A program made the translations under genes and the position numbers. A DNA stretch of 64,000 nucleotides, taken from an uncultured Thermoanaerobaculia bacterium. GTDB taxonomy: Bacteria > Acidobacteriota > Thermoanaerobaculia > Multivoradales > Multivoraceae. The notes under the pieces were generated by a model, which saw nothing but the letters and a program-made list of their open reading frames with translations, was not told where the DNA came from and ran no database searches. Below, piece after piece: positions 31,490 through 41,870 of this stretch (the first letter of the stretch is position 1; every line of letters starts with the position of its first letter). Location: positions 1,675,772 through 1,739,771 of the forward strand of contig OX638294.1 of the NCBI GenBank assembly GCA_951812325.1, written 5' to 3'.

Positions 31490-31755
31490 ATGCGACGCAA
31501 CCGCTGCGTCCGCGACGACGGCTTCGAGGCGGTCACGATCTCCTTCGCGGTCGGTACCCGGTTCCGGGGACGGCAGTGAATGCGACGCAACCGCTGCGTC
31601 CGCGACGACGGCTTCGAGGCGGTCACGATCTCCTTCGCGGTCGGTACCCGGTTCCGGGGACGGCAGTGAATGCGACGCAACCGCTGCGTCCGCGACGACG
31701 GCTTCGAGGCGGTCACGATCTCCTTCGCGGTGGGCGCCCGGTTCCGGGGACGGCA

Positions 31756-32208
31756 GTGAAGCCGCTCGCCGTCCTGGCGGCGTTGGCTGTCGCCGCCCCG
31801 CTGCCGGCCGTCGCCGCCGACGACGCGCTCGATCTGCTGGCCGCGCCGTCCGACACGTACACCGTGCTCGACTTCGCGGCGTCCTGGTGCACCCCGTGCT
31901 ATCGCGCCCTGCCCCGGCTGCAGGCGCTGGCGCGGGAACTGCCGGACCTGCGCGTCGTCGTCGTCAGCGTCGACGAAACCGAGCGCGGCCGCGACCGCCT
32001 GGTGCGCGAACTCGACCTGGAGCTGGAGGTCGTCTGGGACGGCGATCACGCCCTGATCTCGAAGCTCGCCCCGGAGGCCTTCCCCGCAACCTACGTCCTG
32101 GACCCGAGCGGGGAGGTCGTCTATTCCCACCTGGGCTACGACCCGAAGGTCTTCGACGAGTTCGCGGAGGTCGTGCGCGGCCTGCAGCGCTCGCTTCAGT
32201 CGCCCTGA
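31756..32208 (+). CDS. TlpA-family thioredoxin-like protein
   Basis: DFAASWCTPC, VSVD, FPATYVLD; GTG start inside the last 90-bp unit. Confidence 0.88.
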   Translation: MKPLAVLAALAVAAPLPAVAADDALDLLAAPSDTYTVLDFAASWCTPCYRALPRLQALARELPDLRVVVVSVDETERGRDRLVRELDLELEVVWDGDHALISKLAPEAFPATYVLDPSGEVVYSHLGYDPKVFDEFAEVVRGLQRSLQSP

Positions 32209-32534
32209 ACCGCAGCCACCGCGGCGTCGCGGTCAGCCACGATGTTCACGATCAGGCTGAAGCCGCTGACTTCGAACAGTTCCTTCACCTCGTCGTTCAG
32301 ACCGCACACCGCGAAGCGTCCGTCCTTCGCCTGCAGGTCCCTCGCCACGACCAGCACCACCCGGAGGCCAGCGCTGCTCATGTAGCGGGTCCGGCTCAGA
32401 TCGAGGACCACGTCCTCCGCACCCTTGCCGATGGAGGACATCATCTCCTGCTCCAGGTTCGGCGCGGCGGCGGCGTCGATCCGCCCCTTCGGGGCCCAGA
32501 CGACCACGCCGCCTATTTTCGTGCTCTCGATCAC
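32196..32534 (-). CDS. STAS-domain anti-sigma-factor antagonist
   Basis: GRIDAAAA, VVLDLSRTRYMSSAGLRV, ELFEVSGF. Confidence 0.9.
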   Translation of the reverse strand: MIESTKIGGVVVWAPKGRIDAAAAPNLEQEMMSSIGKGAEDVVLDLSRTRYMSSAGLRVVLVVARDLQAKDGRFAVCGLNDEVKELFEVSGFSLIVNIVADRDAAVAAVQGD

Positions 32535-32553
32535 GCCAAGTACTCTCCTCGTC

Positions 32554-33231
32554 TCAATAGAAGGGGTGGTGAGCCGTCGCCGTCGCGGCGGCAATGTCCT
32601 GCACGGACTTCCGGATCGCCCGGCCCATCGCCTGACCGATCAGGTCGAAGCCGCGCACCACCTCGATCCGGGCCGCGGCGTGCCGCAGTTCCTGCGCGCT
32701 CAGGATGACCTGGAAGGCGTTCGACGCATCGGCCAGGCAAATCAGGGCGACATCTCTGGGCGCCGGAATCCGGTCGCTCAGGAGCACGTCGAGAATCCGC
32801 AGCTTGACCTCCCGCTCCTCCCGATCGTCGATCATCGGATAGCGACGGCTGCCGAACACCCACAGGAAGCTCCGATCCTCGACCCGGAGAATCCCGCGCT
32901 CCACGAGACGCTTGAGCGCCGCTTCCTGGATCTCCTTGCTCCGGGCCGAGAGCCGGACCACCCAGGTACGGGGGTCGGCCTCGTCCTCGGCGCCGGCAAT
33001 CTCCGCCAGCGGGCCGTCCAGGATCTCCTCGCCGACGGGCGCCGCATCGACGACGACCATCTTCTGCAGGTCGCAGTCCAGCCGCCCGCGCAGCGCGAGG
33101 TCCATCAGGATGGCGCCGGCGATGAGCAGTTCCATCACGTTCGGCGCGACCCGCTTCATCGCGCCGGTGTCGTCGTCCAGGAGGAGGAGCAGGATCTCCT
33201 CCACGAACGTCAGGTGGGGCTTTTGGCTCAC
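32554..33231 (-). CDS. GPP34 (GOLPH3-like) family protein
   Basis: LTFVEEILLLLLDD, AGAILMDLALRGR, LVERGIL, RRYP. Confidence 0.85.
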   Translation of the reverse strand: MSQKPHLTFVEEILLLLLDDDTGAMKRVAPNVMELLIAGAILMDLALRGRLDCDLQKMVVVDAAPVGEEILDGPLAEIAGAEDEADPRTWVVRLSARSKEIQEAALKRLVERGILRVEDRSFLWVFGSRRYPMIDDREEREVKLRILDVLLSDRIPAPRDVALICLADASNAFQVILSAQELRHAAARIEVVRGFDLIGQAMGRAIRKSVQDIAAATATAHHPFY

Positions 33232-33395
33232 GTGACCAGCGGCGCTCGCAGTTCGTTTCGCGGAAACCTCATGACCGTCCCGAGCAACATCCTACAAGAC
33301 CAGAAGGTTCGCAGCGGATGGCGCGACGCCGGACGGGATGCACGGGATGCACGACCGCCCGCATGCAGCGCGACTGCCGCCGCGGGCTTGTCGGT

Positions 33396-35174
33396 TCAGA
33401 CTCCCGGCGCATCCACCGGGCCGCTCGGTTCGGGCAGGTCGCTGCTGACCGTGACGGTCAGCACGTCGGTGTCGTGGTACTGCTGGTGTCGCACCGAACT
33501 CGACACGTGCCGCAGCAACCGCAGCGACAGCTCGTTCTCGATCGGGGTGGGGGCATCAGACGACATCATGACCAGTCGGTCCTCGACGTTGCTGCCGCCG
33601 GGCGCCGCGATGAAGTCGAGTTCGGCCGTCTGGCGGTCGACCCGGGCCAACAGGCGCAGGCGGCGTTCGGCGCCGCTCTCTTCCTTCTCATCCAGCCCCG
33701 CAAGGCTGAGGAGCGCCTCCTCACCGGCCGACCAGAGGCGATCGCAGGCCTCGGGCGTCCACCCCGCCCGTTCCGCCAGCGTCTTGAGAAAGCGGCCGAT
33801 CCGCGGGACCGACGCAGCCTTCACCGCGACCTCGAGCCGCCGGCGTCGCGGTCCGGTCGACTCGAGAAACGCGGTCAGGCCGATGGCGGTCAGGCCGCCG
33901 GCGGTGATGCCGTTGTCCAGGATCGACGCCGCCCAGCCGCTGAGCTGTTCACTGAAGATGAGGTCGTTCTCGAAGCCGAAGCCGACCCAGAACGACACGC
34001 CGATGACCAGCGCCTTCCGGTAGTCGAGCCCGCCGTGACCGGCGACGCGGGCGCCGAGCATGAACAGGAGGGCGATCAGGACCAGCGCGTAGGCGCCGAC
34101 CACGGGGCCGGGAATCGCAACGAGCAGGAAGAGCGCCTTGGGCAGGAAGGCCAGACCGATGAAGATGATCCCGATCCACACGCCGACCCGGCGCGAGGCG
34201 ACGCCGGTGAGCTCGGTGACCGAGATGCTGCTCGAGTAGGTCGTGTTCGGCACGGTGCCGGCGATGCCCGAGAGCAGGTTGCCGAGTCCGTCGGCGGCGA
34301 CGGCGCCCTGCACCGCCCGGTAGTCGGGCGCCCGCGATCTCCGCCAGGAGATTCGCTGGATGGCGACGGCATCGCCGATCGTCTCGACCGCGCCGATCAA
34401 CGTCACCATGACGAAGCCCGGCAGCAGCGCCCAGAAGGCCGGGCCTAGAGACAGGTCGAACCCGGGCCAGCCGCCGACAGGAGCGCCAATCCAGGCGGCT
34501 CCGGCCACCTGCTCGAACTGGTAGAGCCCGAGAGGCAAGGCCACGATCGAGCCGGACACGACGCCGGCGACCGGCGCCCCGAGGCGCCAGATGCCCCTGG
34601 CCCGCAGACCCAACGCGATCATCACCGCGAAAGCCACGACGAAGGCGATCGGTCCGGCGCCGGGGACAGCGCTCTCGGGAACCAGGGTCAGTTGCTGGAA
34701 GACGAGCGGCATCACGCTGACCGAGATCAGCATGATCACCGTGCCCGTGACGGTCGTCGTGAACAACCTCCGCAGCAGCAGGAGCCGCGAGGAGAGCAGA
34801 AACTGGAACAGCGACGAGAAGACGACGAGCTTCGCGAGAAGCATCGGGCCGCCCTGGCTCAGGGCGGCGATGCTGACCGCGATGAACGCCCCCGAAGTGC
34901 CCATGAGCAGGACGTAGCCGGCGCCGATCCGCCACAGACGCACCGCCTGCAGAAGCGACGTGACGCCGCTCACGAACATGGCGGCGAACACGGCCCAGGC
35001 CATGTACTCGTCGCTCTCCCCGGCGGAACGGATGATGATCACGGGCGTGAGGACGATGCCGGCGGCACACAGGCCCGCGTACTGGAGACCCAGCATCGCG
35101 GCCAGGATCGTCGGCGGCCGCTCGTCCGCCTGGTAGCGAACGCCCGTGCCGCGGTTGCCTGCGTCTGCGGTCAT
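33396..35174 (-). CDS. NCS2 (xanthine/uracil) permease fused to a degenerate anti-sigma HATPase-like domain
   Basis: RYQADERPP, LGLQY, SLLQA, IGAG, ETIGD, ADGLGNLLSG; about 150-aa soluble C-terminus. Confidence 0.78.
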   Translation of the reverse strand: MTADAGNRGTGVRYQADERPPTILAAMLGLQYAGLCAAGIVLTPVIIIRSAGESDEYMAWAVFAAMFVSGVTSLLQAVRLWRIGAGYVLLMGTSGAFIAVSIAALSQGGPMLLAKLVVFSSLFQFLLSSRLLLLRRLFTTTVTGTVIMLISVSVMPLVFQQLTLVPESAVPGAGPIAFVVAFAVMIALGLRARGIWRLGAPVAGVVSGSIVALPLGLYQFEQVAGAAWIGAPVGGWPGFDLSLGPAFWALLPGFVMVTLIGAVETIGDAVAIQRISWRRSRAPDYRAVQGAVAADGLGNLLSGIAGTVPNTTYSSSISVTELTGVASRRVGVWIGIIFIGLAFLPKALFLLVAIPGPVVGAYALVLIALLFMLGARVAGHGGLDYRKALVIGVSFWVGFGFENDLIFSEQLSGWAASILDNGITAGGLTAIGLTAFLESTGPRRRRLEVAVKAASVPRIGRFLKTLAERAGWTPEACDRLWSAGEEALLSLAGLDEKEESGAERRLRLLARVDRQTAELDFIAAPGGSNVEDRLVMMSSDAPTPIENELSLRLLRHVSSSVRHQQYHDTDVLTVTVSSDLPEPSGPVDAPGV

Positions 35175-36259
35175 TCCCGGTACAACGCCGCGTCGGGCCG
35201 CCACGGAGAGCGCTGCCCCGCATAGACCGGCGATCCCTTGCGGAAGTGGGAGGCCTCCTCGAGCGTCTCGACGAAGGGCATCTGCCGCGGATAGAGATCG
35301 TCCTCGCCGCGCGGCCGCGGCCCGGCCTTGGACACATGGCCCCAGAGCGGATGGCCGACGACCTCCTCCGCGATCCAGGCCGCCTCGATCAGCTTGTCGA
35401 GCTTGTAGCCGGTCTCGATCCCGAGTTCATGGCAGAAGTCGACGAAGTCCTCCGTCGGAACGTGACCGGCGGCCCGGCCGTTGCCGCAGTAGGGGCATCC
35501 CCCCATGCCGCCAATCGACGTGTCGAACTCCCGCACGCCGAGTTTCAGCGCCTCGTAGTAGCTGGCCACCGAGGCGCCGCGGGTGTTGTGCAGGTGGCAG
35601 TGGAAATCGGTGATCTCCGGCCAACGCTCCCGGATCGCGACGATCGTCTCGCGCACGGTATGCGGCATGTTCCAGCCCATCGCCTCGATGATCGAGCAGC
35701 GGGTGACCGGCAGACCCGCCTGATGCCATCGGTCGATCATCAGCGCCAGCAGGTCGAGTCGCTGCTCCAGCGTGAACGGACCTTCGAAGTTCGAGCCGAA
35801 GGGATTGCCGATCGCCACCGCGCCCGACTCCGCCCCCCCCGCGCGCGCCCGTTCGATCGCCGCCGGAATGCGCTCGATCTGCTGGGCCTGCGTCGCGTTG
35901 TAGTTGCGGCGGGCGAAGGTGTCGCAGAGCTCGACATGGGTTCCGATCCGACGCTGACGCACATCGAGCTTCGGGTACCAGCGGTCGGCGCGGTCGAACC
36001 CGATCCTGTTGAAGATCGCCGCGGTGTAGCGGACGCCCGGACGGGGCACGAAGCGCTCGGCGATCTCGTCGATGCAGGCCATCTGCGGCGTCCACCTGGG
36101 GTGCGCGTAGGAACCGATCGAGATCACCCTGGCTCCGGTCTCGCCGAGCGCGTCGAGCAGCCGCAGCTTGTCCTCCACCGGAATGTCGGCGCTCTCGATC
36201 TGCAGACCCTCTCTCATCGTGTCGTCCGTGATGGTCACGGACTTCGGTAGCTGCCCCAT
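35171..36259 (-). CDS. HMG-CoA lyase-like DRE-TIM enzyme
   Basis: DTMREGLQ, HCHLHNTRG, GGMGGCPY, PTED. Confidence 0.85.
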   Translation of the reverse strand: MGQLPKSVTITDDTMREGLQIESADIPVEDKLRLLDALGETGARVISIGSYAHPRWTPQMACIDEIAERFVPRPGVRYTAAIFNRIGFDRADRWYPKLDVRQRRIGTHVELCDTFARRNYNATQAQQIERIPAAIERARAGGAESGAVAIGNPFGSNFEGPFTLEQRLDLLALMIDRWHQAGLPVTRCSIIEAMGWNMPHTVRETIVAIRERWPEITDFHCHLHNTRGASVASYYEALKLGVREFDTSIGGMGGCPYCGNGRAAGHVPTEDFVDFCHELGIETGYKLDKLIEAAWIAEEVVGHPLWGHVSKAGPRPRGEDDLYPRQMPFVETLEEASHFRKGSPVYAGQRSPWRPDAALYRE

Positions 36260-36329
36260 CGCCTGAATCCTCCGACCTGTCGGTTGCCGACGGCCTGTGT
36301 GCGGAAAGGTACCTTATCGCCACGCGTGG

Positions 36330-36408
36330 CAGCCCGCCGCAAGGTCACGCTGCATTCGATCGGCCATGCATCCCGTCCGGCATCGTGCCGTCCGCGTGCT
36401 CGATGACT
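36330..36408 (+). mobile_element. Degenerate left part of the 28615-type miniature element
   Basis: CAGCCCGCCGCAAGGTCACGCTGCATTCGATCGGCCATGCATCCCG...GCATCGTGCC aligns to 28615-28693. Confidence 0.65.
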
Positions 36409-36498
36409 CGCACCCGGAAGCGGTTCGCGTGTGGCGCCGGTCGCCGCCACCTGCTGCGCGGCGCTCTGCACCGATTCTCCCTGTGGCAGGATCGGTCC

Positions 36499-38286
36499 GT
36501 GCGAGGACGCCTGCTTCCCTGCCTCGTCCTCACCGCCGCCGCCACCGTCGTGCTGCTGCCCGGCATCGGCAGCCGCGACCTCTGGAACCCGGACGAACCC
36601 CGCTACGCCGAGGTGGCCCGGGAGATGCTGCTGGCGCCGCTTGCCCTGGAGCACTTCCTGGTGCCGCGCCTGAACGGCGAGAGATACGACCACAAGCCGC
36701 CGCTCCATTTCTGGAGCATCGCCCTGTTCGGCGCGCTTCGCGGCGGCGTCGACGAAGTGGCGGCCCGCCTGCCGTCTCTCCTTGCGGGCATCGGCTCGGT
36801 GCTCGTCGTGTTCGCACTCGCCGCCCGGCTGTTCGACCGGAAGACGGCCTGGCTGGCGGCGCCGGTCTTCCTGACCTCGGCCCTGGTCATGTGGAACGGA
36901 CGAGTCGGCCAGATCGACATGACCCTGACCTTTCTGGAACTGCTCGCCATCCTGTTCTGGGCCCGGGGCCGGTCGTGGGCCCGGGACGACCCCGCCCGGC
37001 GTGCCGGCGGCCGCCACGCCAATCTCCTGTTCTTCGCCTGCCTGGCTCTCGCCACCCTGGCCAAGGGTCCGGTCGGGCTCATCGTGCCGCTGCTTGCGGT
37101 GGTCAGCCACCTCGCGCTCGAGCGCGACCCGGCCGGCGTCGCCGAGCTCCGACTGGGGCGCGGCCTGCTGCTCTGGGCCGCGATCGTCCTCGCCTGGTTC
37201 GGGCCGGCCGCGTGGATCGCCGGAAAGTCCTACGTCGACGCCCTGATTCTCGACCACACCGTCTCGCGCTACGCCGAAGCGACCTACCACCCACGGCCCT
37301 GGCACTACTACTTCCGGACTCTGCCCGCCACCTTCGCGCCCTGGACTCTGCTGGCCCCCGTAGCCGTCTACGCCGCTTTCCGCGTTTCGCACCGCGAGCC
37401 GGCCGGCCGCGAAGCCCAGGCGGTCCGCTTCCTCCTGATCTGGATTGCCAGCACGTTCGTCTTCTTCAGCATGTCCGGCGGCAAGCGGACCGTGTACCTG
37501 CTGGCGCTTGCGGCGCCGCTCGCGATGCTCGTGGCCTACGGCGTATCGACGATCCGGGAGCGCTGGCCCCGCTTCCGCACGGCTTTCCTCATTTCGGCAG
37601 CGACCGTGCCGCTGCTCTTCGGCGTCCTGGTGGCCGCGGCGCCGTTCGCGGCTCGGGACCTTCCCGACGGTTCGATCCCCGAAGGGGCCATCGCTTCGCT
37701 GCAGGCGGTCGCCGCCATCCCCCTCGCCGCCGGTCTGATCGGCCTCTGCCTGGCTGCCAGGCGGCGGCCCGATCTGCTGATAGCCTGCCTTGCGACCGGC
37801 CTCGGACTCGCCATGTCGGTGACCGCCGTGCGGTTGTTGCCGCTGGGTGACGCCTTCAAGTCGGCCCGCGCCCTCTCGGGCGAACTGGTCCAGTGGGCGA
37901 AACCCGACGAACCGTACGCGATCTATCCCGTTCCCGATGCCGCCTTCGTCTTCTATACCCGCCGGTTCGCGGTTGACCTCCACGGCGGCGTCCTGGCCCA
38001 CGACGAGGGCGACGAGCAGGCCCTGCGACGCTTCGCCGCCCGCACGGATCGGCCGGTCTGGCTGCTCATCGAACGGGACAACCTGGCGGCGCTGGAGCCT
38101 CCGCTCGACCTGGTCGAGGTCGCTCGCGACCACGATCTCCTGCAGGGGCACGTCCTGTTGACGACTCGGGAAGCGGCCGCCCGTGCGCTATCGACCTTGC
38201 CGGGACGCCCGGCAGTCGCAGGCGACGACGCCGTCGAACATGCCGCGCCTGCGCCGCGAGCCGCGGCCTCCGGGGCCGAGCCATGA
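36499..38286 (+). CDS. ArnT/GT39-family glycosyltransferase
   Basis: DEPRYAEVAREM, PRLNGE, KPPLHFW, ARLPS, LAKGPVG, PWHYY, KRTVY. Confidence 0.9.
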   Translation: MRGRLLPCLVLTAAATVVLLPGIGSRDLWNPDEPRYAEVAREMLLAPLALEHFLVPRLNGERYDHKPPLHFWSIALFGALRGGVDEVAARLPSLLAGIGSVLVVFALAARLFDRKTAWLAAPVFLTSALVMWNGRVGQIDMTLTFLELLAILFWARGRSWARDDPARRAGGRHANLLFFACLALATLAKGPVGLIVPLLAVVSHLALERDPAGVAELRLGRGLLLWAAIVLAWFGPAAWIAGKSYVDALILDHTVSRYAEATYHPRPWHYYFRTLPATFAPWTLLAPVAVYAAFRVSHREPAGREAQAVRFLLIWIASTFVFFSMSGGKRTVYLLALAAPLAMLVAYGVSTIRERWPRFRTAFLISAATVPLLFGVLVAAAPFAARDLPDGSIPEGAIASLQAVAAIPLAAGLIGLCLAARRRPDLLIACLATGLGLAMSVTAVRLLPLGDAFKSARALSGELVQWAKPDEPYAIYPVPDAAFVFYTRRFAVDLHGGVLAHDEGDEQALRRFAARTDRPVWLLIERDNLAALEPPLDLVEVARDHDLLQGHVLLTTREAAARALSTLPGRPAVAGDDAVEHAAPAPRAAASGAEP

Positions 38287-39182
38287 ACGACAGCGACAGC
38301 CTGCCTCTGACGGCGGAGCTCGCACCGGGCAGCTCCGCCAACCCGAAACTCGTCTCGGACCCGGCCGCCGAGACGTCGGCGTCCTCCAAGGCCAGCTCCA
38401 GGACCAGCTCCACGGCCGCCGAGGAGCGGCGGCGCTTCGGCCCCCTGAGTCGGCGTCTCGCGGATCAGGGCCTCTTCCTGTTTCGGCACCGCGGCCTGTT
38501 CGTCGTCTTCCTGCTTCCCGGCGCCGTTGTGGCGGTGCTCGAGCGCCGGTCGGCGGCGCTGCCCGCGGCATCGGGACTCGGCTGGCTCACGGCATGCCTG
38601 GCCGTCTCCCTGCTCGGACTTGCGGTGCGAGCCGCGGCGCTCGGCTCCGCGCCGCCGGGGGCCTCGACCCGGAGCCTCAGGGCGCCGAGCGCCAGCCGCC
38701 TGAACGTGACCGGCATGTACTCGCTCTGCCGGCACCCGGTCTACCTGGGCAACCTGTTCGTCCTCATGGGTTTCGCGCTCGCCCTGAAGTCCTGGTGGTT
38801 CGTGCTGACCGCGGCGCTCGTCTACTGGCTGCTCTATGAACGGGTGATCGTGGCCGAGGAGAGGTTCCTCGGCGAGCGCTTCGGCATCAGCCATCGCCGC
38901 TGGGCGGACCGGACGCCGACGTTCTGGCCCAGGCCCGGCCTGTGGCTGCACCCGGAGACACGCTTCAGTTGGCGCACGGTCATCTTCCGCGAGTACAACT
39001 CCCTGCTGCTCATCGCTTCGATCTTCCTCTTCCTGCGGTTGGTCGACCAGGTCGTGGTCGGCGGTCTGGGCGCGGGGGCCTGGCTGAGGCAGGATCAGGG
39101 CCTGGTTGCCGGCGTTCTCGGACTCACCGTCCTGGTGTCCGTCGCGCGGCAGGTGCGCAAGCGCGGGGGTTCAGGCCACTAG
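38283..39182 (+). CDS. ICMT/PEMT-family membrane methyltransferase, LmtA-like
   Basis: LNVTGMYSLCRHPVYLGN, YERVIVAEERFL, FSWRTVIFREY. Confidence 0.8.
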   Translation: MNDSDSLPLTAELAPGSSANPKLVSDPAAETSASSKASSRTSSTAAEERRRFGPLSRRLADQGLFLFRHRGLFVVFLLPGAVVAVLERRSAALPAASGLGWLTACLAVSLLGLAVRAAALGSAPPGASTRSLRAPSASRLNVTGMYSLCRHPVYLGNLFVLMGFALALKSWWFVLTAALVYWLLYERVIVAEERFLGERFGISHRRWADRTPTFWPRPGLWLHPETRFSWRTVIFREYNSLLLIASIFLFLRLVDQVVVGGLGAGAWLRQDQGLVAGVLGLTVLVSVARQVRKRGGSGH

Positions 39183-39302
39183 CAGCCCGTGGCGGCATGG
39201 CGCCGGTGAACGGGCCAATCATCCACCGACCACCTGACGAACGCACTCACTGCAACCAACGAGGACTCACGATTCGTTGCAGAATCGGATACGAGACCGC
39301 CG

Positions 39303-41843
39303 ATGAACGCCCGCCTCAGGATCGCCGCCGCGCTCGCCGCGTCACTGCTGGTCTCGGCGGCCGGCGGCCTGCCGACCACCGAAGAGAAGCGGCCCGACGA
39401 TCCGGGTGAACCGTCCGATGCACCCGAGAAGGCGAGTCCGAAACCACTCGACTCCCGCTTCGTCCGCTGGCTGGAGCGGGTCGGCCCGCTGATCAGCGAC
39501 GAGGAGCGCGCGTTCTTCGTCGGCCTGCCCGAGGACTATCGCCGCGAAGCGTTCATCCAGGCGTTCTGGAAGGCGCGCGACCCCGACCCGAGAACCCCGC
39601 TCAACGAGCTCCAGGTCCTCTGGGAGGACCGGGTCGACGCCGTGCTCTCCCAATGGGGCACGCTGGAGGACGCGCGAGCCCTGTTCTACCTTCTCAACGG
39701 ACCGCCGGGCCGCTTCACTCTCCCGGACGGTCGGACCGCTTCCTACTGCCTCTCGCGGGCCAGGGAACTGGAGATCTGGTTCTACGGCGGCAGCGACCGC
39801 ACCGCCCGCCACTTCGTCGTCATCTTCCTGGCCACGAGCCGCAACCAGCCCTACGTCTTGTGGCACGAGAGCGCCGCGCGGCGGGCAGTGTCTCGCCGCG
39901 GGCTGCCGACGACGAACATCGCCCTGCTGTGCGCCGACGAGTGGCTCGGTTGGGCCGCACAGGCGCTCGGACGCGACCTCGCCGGCAGAAGCGTCATCGA
40001 CGAGGTGTCCGGCCCGCCCGAACCGCCCGCGGAGTGGCTCGCGACCTTCGCCGCCTTCAACACCGACGTCCCGGAGGGCGCCCCCCGCTTCGACATCGAG
40101 ATCCAATGGGACTATCCGGGCCGCAACCAGACGCGCACCGTGACTCACGGCCTGGTCATGGTGCCCGGCCCCGGCGCGGGCCGCAGGAGCTTCCAGGAAC
40201 GCGAATACCACAGCTTCCACATGATCGGCGAAGTCCTCCGCGGCGAACAGCTGTTCGAGACCTTCCGCTACCGCTTCGAGCTGCCCGCGAGCGGCAACGG
40301 CGAGGACCCGATCCCGCTCGTCTTCAGCCGCTACCTGCGGCCCGGCGAGGTCCGGATCCGGCTCAGGATCGAAGATGTCTTCGGCCAGCAGTTCGCCGCG
40401 GTCAACGAAACGATCGACGTGCCGAGCCTCGAAGAGGCGCAGTCGCTGCGCAGGACCATCCTGGAGACCTTCCCGGCTCTCGCAGAAGCGAACCAGGCAG
40501 CGGCGCGCGGCGAGCGCCTGCTCCGACTCGTGCCGCCGCGGAATGAACGGCTGCGCGTCGGCATGGTGCGCTTCTCCACCCATGCGATCGGCGACTTCGA
40601 CGCCGTCGCCTTCTCGCTCGACGGCCGCGAGATCCTGCGCAAGCGCCGCCCGCCGTTCGGCGTCGAGTTGGACCTGGGCTCACACCCGACCGAACACCGG
40701 ATCCGGGTGGAAGGCCTCAAGGACGGCAAGGTCGTCGCCTCGGACGAGATGTCAGTCAACCGCGGCGGCCAGCGTTTCCGGGCCCGCTTCATCGAACCGC
40801 GGTCCGGTGAGCAGTACCTGCAGAGCACGCGCGCGGTCGTCGAGATCGCGGTACCGGACGGCGAAGCGATCGAGCGCCTCGAACTGTTCCTGGGGGAGGA
40901 GCGGATCGCGACGCTCTACCAGCCACCATGGGTCCAGCCTGTCGTGCTCGACGGTCCGAGCCTGACCTACCTCCGCACAGCCGCTTTTCTGGCCGACGGC
41001 AGCAGCACCGAGGACGTCGTCTTCATCAACAGTCCGGGCCCGGTCGAACGGATCGACGTGCAATACGTCGAGCTCTTCGCCAGCGTCGTCGACGAACGGG
41101 GGCGGCCGATTCCGGAGCTGGAGCGGAATCGCTTCCGCATCATCGAAGACGGCGTCCGGCAGACGGTGCGCCGCTTCGAATGGGTGGACGACACGCCCTT
41201 CCACGCCGGCCTCCTGCTCGACACGTCGGCTTCGATGCAGGACTCGATCGAGCAGGTGCGGGCCGCCGCCCAACGCTTCGTCGACAACACCCTCGAGCCC
41301 AGAGACCGGATGGCGGTCCTCGCCTTCGCCAACCGCGCCAGGGTCGAGAGCCGGTTCACCAAGGACCGGGGCCAACTCGCGCGGGCACTGGCGGGCCTCA
41401 GGGCGACCGGCACGACATCGCTCTACGACAGCCTCGTCTTCGCTCTCAGCTACTTCGACGGCATCAGCGGCCAGAAGGCGCTGCTGCTCCTGTCCGACGG
41501 CAAGGACGAGAACAGCTCCTTCACGTTCGAGAGCGCGCTCGAGACCGCGCAGCGTTCGGGCGTGACGATCTACGCCATCGGCCTCAAGCGTGCGGCCAGA
41601 GACCGCAACACGCGGCGCGTCCTCGAGCGCATTGCCGAAGAGACCGGCGGGCAGGCCTTCCTGATCGAAGACGTGGATGAACTCGATGCGGTCTACGACC
41701 AGATCGAACGGGAACTCCGCAACCGCTACCTGCTCACCTACCAGTCGACCAGCAACAAGCCCGAGAGCGACTTCCGGGTGATCCGGGTGGAAGTGGACCG
41801 CCGCGGCGCCGAAGTGCGAACGATGTCCGGCTACTACCCCTAA
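39303..41843 (+). CDS. GWxTD-type domain, Ig-like and VWA domain protein
   Basis: FIQAFWKARDPDPRTPLNE; MIDAS LLDTSASM...TSLYDS...LSDGKD; ETGG. Confidence 0.85.
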   Translation: MNARLRIAAALAASLLVSAAGGLPTTEEKRPDDPGEPSDAPEKASPKPLDSRFVRWLERVGPLISDEERAFFVGLPEDYRREAFIQAFWKARDPDPRTPLNELQVLWEDRVDAVLSQWGTLEDARALFYLLNGPPGRFTLPDGRTASYCLSRARELEIWFYGGSDRTARHFVVIFLATSRNQPYVLWHESAARRAVSRRGLPTTNIALLCADEWLGWAAQALGRDLAGRSVIDEVSGPPEPPAEWLATFAAFNTDVPEGAPRFDIEIQWDYPGRNQTRTVTHGLVMVPGPGAGRRSFQEREYHSFHMIGEVLRGEQLFETFRYRFELPASGNGEDPIPLVFSRYLRPGEVRIRLRIEDVFGQQFAAVNETIDVPSLEEAQSLRRTILETFPALAEANQAAARGERLLRLVPPRNERLRVGMVRFSTHAIGDFDAVAFSLDGREILRKRRPPFGVELDLGSHPTEHRIRVEGLKDGKVVASDEMSVNRGGQRFRARFIEPRSGEQYLQSTRAVVEIAVPDGEAIERLELFLGEERIATLYQPPWVQPVVLDGPSLTYLRTAAFLADGSSTEDVVFINSPGPVERIDVQYVELFASVVDERGRPIPELERNRFRIIEDGVRQTVRRFEWVDDTPFHAGLLLDTSASMQDSIEQVRAAAQRFVDNTLEPRDRMAVLAFANRARVESRFTKDRGQLARALAGLRATGTTSLYDSLVFALSYFDGISGQKALLLLSDGKDENSSFTFESALETAQRSGVTIYAIGLKRAARDRNTRRVLERIAEETGGQAFLIEDVDELDAVYDQIERELRNRYLLTYQSTSNKPESDFRVIRVEVDRRGAEVRTMSGYYP

Positions 41844-41870
41844 AGGGCGCTGGCCGCGGCCAACCGGCAG

